Origin: Octopus bimaculoides
Taxonomy: Eukaryota
Direction: 5' to 3'
Length of the DNA stretch: 34,294 nt
Assembly (NCBI RefSeq): GCF_001194135.2
Contig: NC_068998.1
Coordinates: 26,266,962-26,301,255, forward strand
The translations under genes were made by a program, and so were the position numbers. This document shows positions 1-12,581 of the stretch, piece after piece. The stretch's first letter is position 1. Each line of letters starts with the position of its first letter. The notes under the pieces were generated by a model that saw only the letters and a program-made list of their open reading frames with translations, was not told where the DNA came from and ran no database searches.

Positions 1-602
1 ATATATATATATATATATATACACACACATATATATGTATAGGAATGTACAAACTTGTCTACCATTGAAATGCCAAAAGGCATTTACATACTAGACGTGT
101 TTGTGCGTACGTGCGTATGTATACGCATGTATGTATGCGTCTACCTACCTATGTATGTATGTATGTATGTATAATATATGTACGTATGTGATATATAGCA
201 TGAGCAGTAGCTGTATCAAGTATTAGTATCTTATATCTTTTTCTTTTTGTTTTGGGGGTTTTTTTTGTTTTTGTTTTTTTGTTCTTTGCAAATATTTTAT
301 CCAAATACGTAGATATTCTTCTCAAAGTTTCAACAGTGAAAAATAAATATCCAGCAGCCCCAGGGCTTCATGAAATATCAACATTATCTGGTATTTCATT
401 GAAATATTCTCCTAAAGTTTTATATTTTTTTCTTGAGAATATAGCAACAAGCAGCTTCCATTTGTTGTTAATCCTGATTTTAGAAGAATATATCCTATAT
501 ATTTATATTTGACACAGTATCTGCTTCAACGTATCCAAATACCGTTTCCCTTCAGATGTATATAGATGTGCACACTTTCATACGTACACAGACATGGACA
601 CG

Positions 603-651
<49 letters not shown>

Positions 652-1495
652 ACACATGGACACACATACACACTCACACACGGACGGGGACACACACACA
701 TATGGGGACAGGATATATCAGTGTAGGGTTGAGAATGTGTGTGTTGAATACAAGGAAGAAAAAGGGGTGAAACTTTTAATTACGATATTGAAACTTCAAT
801 AAAATATGTATTATGCCTCCAATGTAGGTCGACATACATACATATAAATGAGATATGACTATGGATTAAATATATAATTAGATATTATATTTGTGTATTT
901 GGTTTCACACAGCATGCAGATTGTATGCATCAAGAAATCTATCAAATTCCAAACACTATGTGAGTGGTTATAGAAAAAGTAAAATGAAGTGAATACATGG
1001 ATAGTGTTTATTTGTAACGCTTCATCAGAGAATCATGCAGGGAAGATTGAGGAAAGAAAGACTTGGGAAAAAGTAGGGTATTAAAAAGAATTGAGTAAAG
1101 AGGTGCATAAAAGTGGTAGGCTTCACTGACAGAAACATACAGGTGTTCAGTAATTGATAGAATTCAAAGTTTCAATGAAGATAGTTATACAAGATTAATG
1201 TATCTATAGTTACTAATCGTCTCTATCTCTCCCTTTCACTCTTTAAATATACAGATACGCGCTCGCACGCGCGCGCGTGTCTGTGTGTGAGAGAGAGGGA
1301 GAGATTTCGTGTCGGTATGTGTTTTCGTGTGCTGGTGTGTGTGTATGTGTGTGTGTTCGTGTGTGTGCCTGCGCACGCGCGCGTGCATTTGTGTGACAGA
1401 GAATAGCCTTTTTCTTCTACAGTAAGACGTTCAGTATAATTAAGAGAAACGTCATAATTCCTTACTATATCTGCATACCAGTATACGTAGCTACA

Positions 1496-1558
<63 letters not shown>

Positions 1559-1599
1559 GCACACACTCATGCCTGCATGCATGGGTACATACATACATA

Positions 1600-4500
1600 A
1601 TTGGTGATGAGTATTTACCACAATGTGATGAACCCACATGCTGGCAGATTAACGCCTGTCTATATGCGCTGGCTACTATTGTAAAACAGTACATGACTGA
1701 TATTCAAAAAGTAAACAAAGCTGAAATAACAAAGTATCAGTATGGGTCTTGAGGACAAATACAATGATAACTTGTTTACGGAAGACTATCAGTCATCTAA
1801 TGATGCTTGTTGCATGCAAACAAGCAAATCACTATACGTCCCACGAAGAGAGAGTAAAGAAGGAGACAGAAATGTTGTTTGGAAACAGTAAAATGAGGAC
1901 ACTCACTTGCAAACTGATTATCCTAAAGCAGGAGCTAAAAGCTGTCAGCGAAAAACTCCGACACCAGAAGAGAATAACCGAGAGAATAACAATAAACAAA
2001 GAATTTAACAGCAACCAGGAGGTAGTATAGAGAGACATGAGAGGAGGAGCAATAAATATCACGGAAGCTCATTCACGAGAAGACAGAGACTCCTTCTGGA
2101 GGAAAATCTGGAATGAAGAGAATGAATTTAACCAAGATGCTCTGTGGCTGGAAGAAATCCGAAAAAGTTATTGCTCCTACGTTACATACAAAACATACAA
2201 CATTGATGGCGAAACTCTTGCAACTGTGATCCAGGAACTCCAGGAGGGAAAAGCACCTGGAAGAGATTTGATTGTTGGATATTGATATAAGAAGCTAACA
2301 TTCTACCGACCATATCTTATCAATCTTACCAACAAGCGTTTATTGGGAACAGTAGCGTATCACACTGGTTAGTTCTGGCAGAGACAAAATTGATCCCTAA
2401 GTGCAGAACCATCCACATGGCAAATTGCATGCCAAAACGTAATGTATAAGATATATTCAACATGTTTAAACCTCTTCCTCCAGGACCATTGTGAATCCAA
2501 TAGCATTATCACAACAGGACAAGCAACTGGGAAGAAGGGAGTCTGGGGATGTGCCGAGCAATTGCTAATCAACAAAACTGTGATGTCAGGTGCGAGAGCA
2601 TAGGAGAAACCTAGTTTCAATGTGGATAGGTTGCAAGAAAGCCTTTGACAGTTCCCCACTTACGGATGCTAGAAGCCCTTCAACTTGTTAAAGTTCTAGT
2701 GAGAATAGTCAAAGCCATAGCTGACCTGACTTCATCGTGGGCCACCATCTTCAAATTAAACACAAAGAGTGACTGTATTATCACCCATAGAATACAATAT
2801 CGCAAAGGCATGTTCCAAGGAGACAGCCTCTCTTTGATGTTGTTTATACTTTCTGTAAAGCCTTTGTCATTCACTTTAATGAAGTCCAAAAGGTTCACAA
2901 GGAAGCAGGAATACCAAAATTACACTGTTTCTTTGAAGATGACTCAAAATTTTATGTAAAGAATATGCATTAGATGAAAAATAGCCTTGACTTAGTTGCA
3001 ATATTCTCAAAGGATGTCGGGTTGGAGTTTGGTCAGGATAAATGTTGTTATATGGTTGTGAAAAGGGGGAAAACTATAACCCAAACTAGTAGCATCTCCG
3101 TCAATGTTTTGAATTTTTCCCCTGTATCTAACGAGGAACGTTGCGGGTATCTAGGGGTGGATGAAAATATATCTTACAGTGGCACCTGTAACAAAAACTT
3201 GTGTCACTAAAGAATATTACAGCCGAATAAAGGAAAATTTGGACTTCAGAACTCTTTGTATTGAATAAAACAGTGGCCCACACGTGTTTGCAGTGTCAGT
3301 TCTCATACCAATATTTGGGTTGCTTGATTGGACGCTTGATGAGATCCGAGACATTGATGTGAAAACACGACAAATACTGAAAAGCATACATAATTTCCAC
3401 ATAAACAGTGATGTAGACGGCATCTACTTAATACGTAAACAAGGCGGCAGAGACTTAACACCGATCCAAAATGCCTTCAATGTCGCATCATATCTCTTCG
3501 GCAATATCTTTTAACCACCAAGCGTCGAAGTGCATCCCCTACCCAAGTCTGCATACATGAAGCTGATAACATCATAAGACTTTGAAGGCTGCTCCTTGAG
3601 TAACACTGTTTGTCTGATAACCTAGAATACATGCCCAAAGAAGCCGCACAACTCTACCGCAACATATCATCGGATAAAAGGATGAGCCTATATGAGCAGA
3701 AGACTATGCATGGATATGTTAGTAGCAAAGCAGTTAATCATGGACGAATAGCCGGATTATTACCTCCCACTTTAAAGAGTACGCGTTTGCAATCCGGCAT
3801 CACAAAATATCAACCAAGTACCTGATACACAAAAGGGATAGAAATGCGGGTGAAGCAGTAAAATGTGACAACCGATACAGACTTTGTGAAGTTCACACAG
3901 AAGATATCACCCATATCATAAGCAGTTGTCCAAAAATTTCATGAGACATGACGTTGTAGCTAGGACGCTCTATAATGAAATCCGTCGGAAGGATAACCAC
4001 GAGAACAAAGAAATAAGAACCCACAATACGGTAGAAACCATAGCCACTCATAATGAAAAGGAATACAGTTGGAATGTCCCAGTGAAGACCTCAATAAAAT
4101 TTAAGCACAACAGACCTGATATAATGATTTGGGATAGAGAAGAGAAACTGTGCACAGTTAGTTGCCCGGCGAATGTTAACATGAAGCTGAAGATCAGTGA
4201 AAAAGTGAACACCTATGCTGAACTATTGAGAAATCTACAGTTACTCTATCTAGATTAGAAGTTCAGGTTTATTACCTGTACTTATTGGGGCCCTAGGATA
4301 TGTAACATTGCCTAAATACCAATCTTGAGAAACTAGGCTTCTCATAACCAGAAAGGTGAAAGCTAATTCGAAGGCTACAGATCCAATCCATCACTGGAAC
4401 TGTGAAACTTTCTAGAAGTTTATCACTTAAATATATATGAGCATGTCTAGATATGCAGCTATATGCATGAGAATACATACACGAAACATATAATTCTACT

Positions 4501-4610
4501 CATACATACATACATACATACATACATACATACATACATACATACGTATATGCATGCATGCATACATACATACATACGTACATACATACATACATACATA
4601 CATGCATGCG

Positions 4611-4642
<32 letters not shown>

Positions 4643-4768
4643 AACAAACAAATGAACAAAAATACCATGTTGTTGACGCTGAAATTCCAATAAAGGAAAC
4701 TTGGATCTAGGTTAGAAACCGGTTCTTTCTCTATTGACAAGAAATCTTCAAATAAATTGAATAATGAA
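1600..4768 (+). mobile_element. R4/Dong-clade non-LTR retrotransposon (RT + CCHC + restriction-like endonuclease), 5'-truncated, many stops and frameshifts
   Basis: Consecutive + strand frames read WQINACLYALAT, KAPGRDLIVGY, GCAEQLLINK, KGMFQGDSLS (RT), FSKDVGLEFGQDKC, YLG, YLIRKQGGR, then RHDVVA, KHNRPD and EKVNTY (RLE). Stop near 4430, then a 3' UTR ending AATAATGAAAT. (TACA)n lies on both sides (1586-1599 and 4769 onward). Confidence 0.92.
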
Positions 4769-4852
4769 ATACATACATACATACATACATACATACATAC
4801 ATACATACATACATACATACATAATGACATACATACATACATACATACATAC
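4499..4852. repeat. (CATA)n arrays inside and after the R4 3' UTR
   Basis: 4499-4640 and 4769-4852; other (CATA)n/(TATG)n arrays at 7260-7358, 9425-9500, 10980-11020 and 26297-26333. Confidence 0.95.
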
Positions 4853-5544
4853 GTATATAAGTGTTGAGGGTGTAGATGTATAGGTGTGGATATTTTGATA
4901 CAGAGGTATTCATGTGAACTTTCGGTGATATAGTCGTTGTAAATTATGGGCGTGTTACCGAATTCGTCTATAAATTGCAAGAGTAAATTATCACTTGCCT
5001 GTTTAACCCATACACACATATTCACATAGACACCTAAATTCACACATGCACGCATAAATTCACTCCTTCACACGCTCACAGACACACATAAATTCACACG
5101 CTCGAATACAATATGCATACTATGTGACTACAGGAAGGGAGCGATAAAGAGAAAGAAACATGCGTTATAACACTAGTGATAGGTAGAAATATTTAGTAGA
5201 ATTAACGAGAATATTTCTTTGTGCAAAGGTAAGCAAGTGTTGCATGAAATAGAAAGAATTCAAATTTCAAAGTAATAATATATGCTTATATATAAATAAC
5301 ATAATAGAATGACAGGTGAAAATAAATCATTGTATATACCACTAAATAAACGTGCGTATTTTATATGTTACCTCCTGTATTGGCAAATTACTCAGATTTA
5401 TGCTCTGCGAACTCTGTCGTTCACCCTCGCCTTTCTCACTTTCTCCCCCCTCTCTTTCGTTGGCTCTTTGTCTCTATTCTCTGTGTGTGTATATATATAT
5501 GCAATATAATGGTACCTATATATGTATGTGTGTGTGCATGCCTT

Positions 5545-5884
5545 TTAACTTTTATCTTCTCCTTGTTTCAGTCATTGGACTGCAGTCGCGCTGGGACACC
5601 ACTTTGAAGTTGTAATGGAACGGATCGACCGCAGAGCGTATTTTTTAAGCCAGGTACTTCTATCATTCTCTTATGCCAAACCGTTAAGTTACGTCTACGT
5701 AAACAAACCAACATATGTTGTTAAGCAGTGGGTGGGGGGTTCGGACACACTCAAATACCTCAAACACAAAGACGTGAGCACACACACACACACATGGATA
5801 CACACGCATATCCCACGCAGTGGCACTGAACTCGGAACAATGTGTTTGAGAAGCAAACTTCTCAGCACACAGCCGCGTCTGCGC
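5545..5884 (-). mobile_element. tRNA-derived SINE, family A (tRNA head, internal microsatellite, 3' body)
   Basis: Head GCGGCTGTGTGCTGAGAAG...GAGTTCAGTGCC (A/B-box-like), TG-rich middle, body ending GCAGTCCAATGACTGAAACAAG. The central CORE-like part seen at 11027 is absent here. Confidence 0.7.
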
Positions 5885-5942
5885 TTATATCGGCGTATAC
5901 ATGTCTACGCATCCCCTCCATATATATATATATATATATATA

Positions 5943-6559
5943 NNNNNNNNNNNNNNNNNNNNNNNNNNNNNNNNNNNNNNNNNNNNNNNNNNNNNNNNNN
6001 NNNNNNNNNNNNNNNNNNNNNNNNNNNNNNNNNNNNNNNNNNNNNNNNNNNNNNNNNNNNNNNNNNNNNNNNNNNNNNNNNNNNNNNNNNNNNNNNNNNN
6101 NNNNNNNNNNNNNNNNNNNNNNNNNNNNNNNNNNNNNNNNNNNNNNNNNNNNNNNNNNNNNNNNNNNNNNNNNNNNNNNNNNNNNNNNNNNNNNNNNNNN
6201 NNNNNNNNNNNNNNNNNNNNNNNNNNNNNNNNNNNNNNNNNNNNNNNNNNNNNNNNNNNNNNNNNNNNNNNNNNNNNNNNNNNNNNNNNNNNNNNNNNNN
6301 NNNNNNNNNNNNNNNNNNNNNNNNNNNNNNNNNNNNNNNNNNNNNNNNNNNNNNNNNNNNNNNNNNNNNNNNNNNNNNNNNNNNNNNNNNNNNNNNNNNN
6401 NNNNNNNNNNNNNNNNNNNNNNNNNNNNNNNNNNNNNNNNNNNNNNNNNNNNNNNNNNNNNNNNNNNNNNNNNNNNNNNNNNNNNNNNNNNNNNNNNNNN
6501 NNNNNNNNNNNNNNNNNNNNNNNNNNNNNNNNNNNNNNNNNNNNNNNNNNNNNNNNNNN
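5943..6559. other. Assembly gap (one of nine: 5943-6559, 11747-12476, 13653-14304, 16859-17071, 18464-18743, 19461-19470, 26652-26854, 29949-30503, 32255-32293)
   Basis: N runs; each abuts a simple repeat on at least one side. Confidence 1.
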
Positions 6560-6762
6560 TATATATATGTCTGCATGTATGTATACATACACACATATAT
6601 GCGCGTGTGTGTTTGTGTTAAATCGAAAAGATTTAATGGCAATACAATTGAGCAGAATCATTTACTCGAAAAGTCAATTGATCAAATTAAAATGTGCTCG
6701 AGTCTACCAATAATGGAACTGAAGCAAATATTCAGAAAAACATGTTGAAAGATAAGTGCTTT

Positions 6763-7005
6763 ATTGGTTTCAAATTTTAACACAAGGCCAGTAATTTTGA
6801 GGGACGACTTAAGTTGATTCTATCGAACCCAGTGTTCAAATGCTACTTATTATACTAGACCCAGTGTTCAACTGGTACTTAGTATATCGACCTCGAAAGG
6901 ATGAACGGCAAAGCTGACCTCGGCAGATTTTGAACTCAGAAGGTAAAGACAAGCGAAATAATCATTCTGCCCGGCGAGCTAACGATTCTGCCAGCTCACC
7001 GCCCT
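6763..7005 (-). mobile_element. tRNA-like SINE, family B
   Basis: Reverse complement GGCGGTGAGCTGGCAGAATCGTTAGC...GAGTTCAAAATC...CATCCTTTCGAGGTCGAT; internal duplication of about 32 nt around CCCAGTGTTCAA (6828 and 6860). Confidence 0.85.
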
Positions 7006-7329
7006 AATTAGATTTTGTATTAAAGCATTATCCTATATTAATGACTGTGTCATCTTTATGATTGCAGTTCGGTCTTTAAAAATCTGTGTGAATAGAATCA
7101 ATAGATTAAAGTAGAGCATGGGCTTTAATTGATTGAAGAAATTAGCAGTTACACTAAATTATAGAAGGCGTTACATTTTGAATTTACGTGCAACAAGGCG
7201 TTTGTGATATGAATGGCTCCATGTGTAACATGTATATGCATAGTCTAAATGACAGTTCACATACATACATACATGCATGCATACATACATACATACATAC
7301 ATACATACATACACACATACACACATGCA

Positions 7330-7358
<29 letters not shown>

Positions 7359-7360
<2 letters not shown>

Positions 7361-7595
7361 GCATGGATATGTTAGTAGAAAGCTCCGAGATGACAGTAGC
7401 ATCTATCATCAAAGCAGTTTATCATGGACCAATAGCCGGATTACTACCTCCCATTTAGAAGGGTATGCGTTTGCAATCTTGGGAGAGTAAATATCAACCC
7501 CTGATGCACAAACGGGTTAGAGATGAAGGAAAAGCAGTAAATTATACAAACGATGCAGACATCGTGGAGTGAACACCGAAGACATCATCCATAAG
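7359..7595 (+). mobile_element. Internal fragment of the same R4-like family (pre-zinc-knuckle region)
   Basis: MHGYVSRKLRDDSSIYHQSSLSWTNSRITTSHLEGYAFAI. Aligns by eye to 3708-3920 and retains about 31 nt deleted in that copy. Starts immediately after (CATA)n 7260-7358. Confidence 0.88.
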
Positions 7596-7665
7596 CATAT
7601 ATACATATATACATATGAGATCAAAAGTGTACGTACGCCGCTATACGTATATATAAAAAAGAAAT

Positions 7666-8472
7666 AAAAATGGAACAAGAACGTAACAGACGATAACAAA
7701 ACATCCGGACAGCTAGCCGATACAAAAAAGGACAGGAAAAAACAAGTACATGTCATTCGGAGCTTTCTATCGTCAGTCGAGTTCCAGGTAGTCGCTGTAG
7801 TTTCGGCTAGTTACATTCGAGACTGCTTTAATCTGGCCAACCCCAATAAAATCTAAGCTAAGAACACTAGATTCTTTGGAAGAAAGCAAGTGAATGTATA
7901 GGTAAACAAGTACTCTATCCCTTTCCTTTCTTTTTCTCTTTTACTTATCCCTCTCTAATTGTTCAATCCCTCTGACCCTACTTCTCTCCTCTCCCTCCAC
8001 GTGACCGGTGTTCCGCCAAGTCTGACCTTTTTTCTTGGTTCGACTACCATCCGTGTAGCATCTTTTATATTCATTCCAATGACTTTCATCTCTTATGTTC
8101 CTGCCGTAAGGTTTCACTTGCACATACGCCAGCTTAATTTAATTCGTCTATAGTCGAAAGACACCTGTTATTAATGTTCTGTTGCTTGTATTTGTAACTA
8201 CATACCATTTCTCCGATTTTTTCTTCTTCGTTTCCGTATACATTCGCTTGCTTTCTTCCAAAGAATCTAGTGCTCTTAACTTAAATTTTCTTAAGGCCAG
8301 CCAGATTGGAGCAATCTAGAGTGTAACCGGCCGAAATTGCAACGACAATCTGGAACTCGACTGACGATAGAAAGCTCCGAATGACCCGTCCTTGTTTCTT
8401 TCCTGTCATTTTTTGTATCGTCTAACTGTGCAGATGTTTTGTTGTTTCCTGTTACGTTCTTGTTCCATTTTT
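7666..8472. repeat. Long inverted repeat: arms 7666-7900 and 8237-8472, 336-bp spacer (possibly inverted Penelope-like terminal repeats or a foldback element)
   Basis: The arms are reverse complements at roughly 80% identity by eye, with a 36-nt identical core (7752-7787 / 8350-8385). A related fragment lies at 11528-11635. Confidence 0.9.
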
Positions 8473-8539
8473 TGCTTTGTTTATATATATATATATATAT
8501 ATGCATGTGTGTGTAGGTATGTATGTATATATGCATACA

Positions 8540-8619
<80 letters not shown>

Positions 8620-8647
8620 TGCATACATACATACATTCATACTTCAA

Positions 8648-9424
8648 TATATGCACAAAGGGATAGAGATGCAGGAGAAGCAGTAAAATGTAACAATCGA
8701 TGCAGGCTTTGTGGAGTTAACACCGAAGATATCACCCACATCATAAGCAGTTGTCCGAAAATGTCATCACGGTATTATCTACCGATGAGATATGACGCTG
8801 AAGCTAGTATACTCTATAATGAAATCCGTCGGATGGATAACCCCAAGGACAAAGAAATAAGAACCCACAGTATGGTAGAAGCCATAGCCACTCACATTAA
8901 AAAGGAGTACTGGTGGAATGTACCAGTGAAGACCTCAATAAAATATAAGCACAACAGACCTGATATAACGATTTGGGATATAAAAGAGAAACTCTGCACA
9001 GTTGTGGAAATTAACTGCCCAGCGGATGTTAAGATGAAGCTGAAGATCAGTGAAAAAGAGAACACCTACACTGAATTAGTGAGAAATCTATAGTTACTCT
9101 ATCCAAATTACAAGTTCAGGTTTCTACCTGTAATTATTGGGGCACTGGATTATGTAACACACTGCCTAAATACCAGTCTTGAGAAATTAGGCTTTTGAAA
9201 ACCAGAAAGAAGAAAACTAATTCGAAGACTACAGATCCAATCCATGAATGGAACTGTAAAAATCAGAAAAACTTTCCAGAACTTTATCATTTAAATATAT
9301 ATATGAACATGTCTAGATATACAACTATATGCATGAGAATAAAAACATAAAGCAAAAATCTGAACATATACGGACATACATACAAACAAAGATACTCTGT
9401 TGTTGACGTTGAAATTCCAATGAA
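8648..9424 (+). mobile_element. 3' part of the same R4-like family (CCHC + RLE + 3' UTR)
   Basis: [62 protein letters not shown]; stop TAA at about 9292. The 3' UTR matches 4430-4690. Flanked by (CATA)n on both sides. Confidence 0.93.
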
Positions 9425-9873
9425 CATACATAAATACATACATACATAAATACATATATACATAAATACATACATACATACATACATACAAATATACATG
9501 CACATAACGGATTCTCATGTCATGAACGACAAAATAGGGTTTTGTAAAATTAAAATGTTAATCATGTTCTATGGACACGAATGTGTCTCTTGAGGCCTGT
9601 TGGTTCCATGCAAACTTTTGGCAAATGAAACAAGTTGAGAACTCAGTTGTCTTTTCATGAGTGGAGAGCAAGGCCTGCTTTGCTTCTCGGCACAGAACCA
9701 CAATGACAGGTAGGATTTCAATTTAGAAGAGCAGAAGGGCAGCGTTTCCCTAGCGTGCCTTCTTGCAATATGTCTACATACTCACACACAGAGAAAGAGA
9801 GCTTTATACGTGTTTGTGTGTGTGTGTTCGAGCGTATTTAAGCTAATTCTGGTGAAAAAGGAACACGTACAAT

Positions 9874-10040
9874 CCTTGTTCCCTGAGACTTGGTTGTTCC
9901 CCAAGCTGAAATAGAAAATGAAGGTGGCTGCGACAAGGGTACACGGCAACTTCACTTTGGAGCACTTCTATGGTGCCTTCACGATGAGTTGGGGCGCAAC
10001 AGGTGCACTGAAGTCGCAGGATCTCTAAATAAGTTTAGAG
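9874..10040 (+). mobile_element. Mariner transposase C-terminal remnant (different subfamily)
   Basis: CTTGTTCCCTGAGAC-TTGGTTGTTCCCCAAGCTGAAA corresponds to LAPCDFWLFPKLK; then TLEHFYGAF and NRCTEVAGS resemble the mariner C-terminus. Confidence 0.65.
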
Positions 10041-10909
10041 ATTTGCACTTCTTTGAAATGGATAGATATATCCTCAGAAAAAGTCTCAAAACTTCAAGAA
10101 TGTACCGTGCATACCTAATATCTATGTTTCTGTCATCCATTGTAAAAGTGAATTTTCAGCAAAATTATTGTCTTAATAAATATTGAATAGAAACATTTTT
10201 TCCTTTATACATGCTAAATGTTTCTCCTATTGCAATATTTCGTGTTTCTAAATCCCATTTTATATTCTGCTATGACATTAATAAACTCCAACATATCTAT
10301 AGTACATGTATACGTGTGTGTGTGTGCGTCAATGCACAAATGCTCACACACACATATATATCTATACATATACGCGGCAAAATATGTGTATAAATACATA
10401 TACCATATATGTAGTAATATATCAGTATACATGTATACATCTATGTGTGCAAGTAAGTTTGTATATATATGTCTCTTCTATTTTTATAAATATTCCACTT
10501 AGGAGGGAGACGGTTCCCAACAAAGATACAAGGCTCCGTTTTTGGGATGTCAATAACACAGACAAATTCACATATATGAATGTATGTATGTACTTTTTTT
10601 TTTAGTATGTATGAGTAATAGAAAAGGAGCTCAAAATCCACAGGCTAATACTTAGTTTCCTTACCCAACAGTGTTCAAAAGTTCAAATGACTCATATAAT
10701 GCTTAAAATGCCAGTTAATGTATGAACTATGATGTTGCCAAAGATGATGATGTGTTATCATTAAAACGGAAATGGACAACACCGTAGAAGAATGAGACAA
10801 GCAAGGAAAGCTGCACTCAGATGATACAATCTTATGACTTTGGACGATTATTTGTGTATTGTATCCATTAGATGATTCATCTTATATATAGATGTATGTA
10901 TATACGTAT

Positions 10910-10955
<46 letters not shown>

Positions 10956-10988
10956 ATAATGCGTGTCTGTCTGTCATTATGTATGTAA

Positions 10989-11019
<31 letters not shown>

Positions 11020-11026
11020 TAGTCAC

Positions 11027-11168
11027 AGGCGGGACTGTATGGTAGAAAGTTTCCTTCCCAACCACTTAGTTCTGTGTTCAACTACAACTTGGCAACTTTG
11101 GCAAGCGTCTTCCACTGTAGCCGACCACAGCCTTGTTAGTGAACTTGGTAGACGGAAATTAAAAGAAA
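11027..11168 (+). mobile_element. SINE family A, 5' half (tRNA head + CORE-like segment)
   Basis: GGCGGGACTGTATGGTAG...GTGTTCAACT...GGCAACTTTGGCAAGCGTCTT...TTGGTAGACGGAAA. The head aligns to the reverse complement of 5811-5884. Confidence 0.7.
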
Positions 11169-11174
11169 ATATTT

Positions 11175-11517
11175 TATACATATATAATTCAGGATCGCAA
11201 CATATAGATACACTGCGACACAATTTCTTCTCCTCAACAGGCCCTGCCTTGTTTAACAGTGTCTCAAAACTGATCAAAGAGAAAAATGATCCCATCACCT
11301 TTGAACGGAGTCTGGACAGATTTCTTCAAAGAATACCAGACAAACAAGCCACCCATACCTGAATACAACTCACTCAACAAGAACTCACTACTTGAATGGA
11401 TCATAAACAAAGCTTGACTTAAAAAGGATTTACATAATCCTATCAGGGGGTGCTATTAAGTTAGACATGGCCTGGACAAATCTTTGGTCCAAACATATCT
11501 AAGTTTTATCTAAGTTA
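11175..11517 (+). mobile_element. CR1/L2-group LINE 3' end (ORF2 C-terminus + UTR), copy 1
   Basis: SQHIDTLRHNFFSSTGPALFN...FERSLDRFLQRIPDK...YNSLNKNSLLEW; short tandem tail ATCTAAGTT. Exact clade not verified. Confidence 0.75.
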
Positions 11518-11632
11518 TATATATATAAGACCTGTCCTTGTTTTCTTCGTATCGTCTATCTGGATGCTTTGTTGTCCCTTTCTTGTATCACCTAACTATC
11601 TGGATGTTTTGAGTTCTTGTCCCATTTTGTAT

Positions 11633-11711
<79 letters not shown>

Positions 11712-12536
11712 TTACATATATATACACATATATATATATATATATANNNNNNNNNNNNNNNNNNNNNNNNNNNNNNNNNNNNNNNNNNNNNNNNNNNNNN
11801 NNNNNNNNNNNNNNNNNNNNNNNNNNNNNNNNNNNNNNNNNNNNNNNNNNNNNNNNNNNNNNNNNNNNNNNNNNNNNNNNNNNNNNNNNNNNNNNNNNNN
11901 NNNNNNNNNNNNNNNNNNNNNNNNNNNNNNNNNNNNNNNNNNNNNNNNNNNNNNNNNNNNNNNNNNNNNNNNNNNNNNNNNNNNNNNNNNNNNNNNNNNN
12001 NNNNNNNNNNNNNNNNNNNNNNNNNNNNNNNNNNNNNNNNNNNNNNNNNNNNNNNNNNNNNNNNNNNNNNNNNNNNNNNNNNNNNNNNNNNNNNNNNNNN
12101 NNNNNNNNNNNNNNNNNNNNNNNNNNNNNNNNNNNNNNNNNNNNNNNNNNNNNNNNNNNNNNNNNNNNNNNNNNNNNNNNNNNNNNNNNNNNNNNNNNNN
12201 NNNNNNNNNNNNNNNNNNNNNNNNNNNNNNNNNNNNNNNNNNNNNNNNNNNNNNNNNNNNNNNNNNNNNNNNNNNNNNNNNNNNNNNNNNNNNNNNNNNN
12301 NNNNNNNNNNNNNNNNNNNNNNNNNNNNNNNNNNNNNNNNNNNNNNNNNNNNNNNNNNNNNNNNNNNNNNNNNNNNNNNNNNNNNNNNNNNNNNNNNNNN
12401 NNNNNNNNNNNNNNNNNNNNNNNNNNNNNNNNNNNNNNNNNNNNNNNNNNNNNNNNNNNNNNNNNNNNNNNNNNNNTATATGCATATGTATGCATGCATG
12501 TATGTATTTATGTGTGTATGTGTTCACATGTGCGCT

Positions 12537-12581
<45 letters not shown>

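Noticed and set aside
281-465. Minus-strand peptide-like stretch (MEAACCYILKKK / YKTLGEYFNEIPDNVDIS*SPGAAGYLFF)
   Set aside because: Needs a frameshift in an A7 run and has an internal TGA; no family recognised, so neither a NUMT nor an exon is supported.
990-1035. Minus-strand CTGATGA near 1022-1028
   Set aside because: No stem II, GAAA or stem I partner.
5615-6748. Long ORFs of 240-380 aa in the track (also 11564-12611, 13548-14426 and 29728-30738)
   Set aside because: They are read-through of N gaps and dinucleotide repeats.
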